Shown here piece by piece: positions 62,923 to 64,000 of a stretch of 64,000 nucleotides of DNA. This DNA comes from Euglena gracilis (Eukaryota). The stretch lies in NCBI GenBank assembly GCA_039621445.1, contig CP154954.1:23324954-23388953 (forward strand), in the 5' to 3' direction. Within the stretch, counting starts at the first letter, position 1. The number at the start of each line of letters is the position of its first letter. Position numbers and translations under genes: made by a program. The notes beneath the pieces were generated by a model. It was not told where the DNA came from. It made no database searches and saw only the letters and a list, made by a program, of their open reading frames with translations.

Positions 62923-64000
62923 ACAGGCCCAGACCGTTACAGTTTGCGTGTGAGGTTGGATTGGCTGATCGTCTTTCCCCGTCTGTGGACCACCAGCGAT
63001 CTTGATGACTCAAATGACTCCCTGTCGGACTATTATTCTTGTGCTGCCACAAAAAATTTCCACATGGCAGAAACAGTTGGCACCATACACCTCCGCACTG
63101 CATGCCCACACGGGGGGAAGAAGCCGGAAGACGCATATCTGAAGACGGGGCGAGGTGATTCCCTGACAACAATGGGTGATGTGGAAACCAATCCAGGCCC
63201 GCTGACGGCATTTAATGGACCCTGTGGTGAAGTCATGGATCTATTGGACCAACTTGTTGCCATGAACATGACTGATTTCTTTCGGATCAAGGCTAAAATA
63301 CCACTGCGGCAAGGCCCCGATGGCTCCTCCCGTTCACTTCTTCCCAGAGCTACATACTGGCTGAAATGCACTTTGTGTGACATTGAAACCATCACTGCCT
63401 CGGCAGGTTGGTGCCTGCACCACAGGGAAACCTGCCCTGTTTTTTCAGCCACAGTATATCCATCTACTGAGACAGCAAAAGTACACTCCGTAACAAGCCG
63501 AGGATACCCCCAAGAACAAGCTCGGGAAAGGTTTTCAGAAGGACACCAGCCGAATGGAAGGGGGGAACGAATCACCACCCATGGTGACGTCCAAACACAA
63601 CCAGGGCCCATCTACTTCCGTCTGGCCACCATGGAAAGACCGACAATCCCTATCCCCAGGGGATTTCAAGAAAATTTCATTCGGCACAGACTGCTGGCGA
63701 GCCTTCAAGAGGTGGATGCAGAACTTCAAACTTTCCGAGACACCTTCCCTTCCGATGTCCTTGTTGAGGACGCTACCGTCTATGAGCTCACCGAATGTTG
63801 GGAAGTTTTGAGAGGAGTTCTGTTTGTGCTCATAGGGCTATGGCCACATCGACCACCACGTCACGACTCCCCATCGAGTGTGCATGCCATTATGTGGTTG
63901 CTGACCTGTTTATGGTCCGAAGTATGCAACATCGGCGAGGCCTTTCACTTCTACCTGCCCCCTATTCACCTAATGGCACTACCCAACGTTCTCCGGCCGA
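62923..64000 (+). CDS. Stop-free frame running off the window with two 2A-like motifs; probable polyprotein of a non-LTR retrotransposon or endogenous virus, 5'-truncated by satellite
   Basis: Own translation: GRGDSLTTMGDVETNPGP (63148-63201) and GRGERITTHGDVQTQPGP (63556-63609), with CTLC...HRETC between them. Confidence 0.65.

Noticed and set aside
63033-63611. 192-aa minus-strand ORF as the real gene
   Set aside because: It is the antisense shadow of the longer plus-strand frame that carries the 2A motifs.

Overview
Eukaryotic, repeat-dominated (heterochromatin-like) DNA, probably from a protist; the taxon cannot be fixed from sequence alone. Positions 1-10.7 kb hold a palindromic 19-bp satellite, dispersed and foldback repeats, and two GC3-rich exons at the 3' end of a host gene. 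Positions 10.7-36.4 kb hold three nested, decayed copies (D, A, B) of one Ty3/gypsy chromovirus-like LTR family. Its pol carries a Dam-like (N6A-type) methyltransferase domain between protease and RT, and a long accessory ORF lies after pol. Two arrays of a CpG-rich 91-bp satellite (36.45-40.47 kb and 61.56-62.92 kb) flank a second chromovirus-like family (C, minus strand). Its pol starts with a compact C5-cytosine DNA methyltransferase, followed by protease, RT, RNase H, integrase and chromodomain. Both families appear to express pol by read-through of a GAG-UAG-GGG-GGC stop followed by a predicted hairpin/pseudoknot. The window ends in an open frame, absent from the ORF track, with T2A-like ribosome-skipping motifs. 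All domain calls come from motif recognition by eye; no database searches were run.
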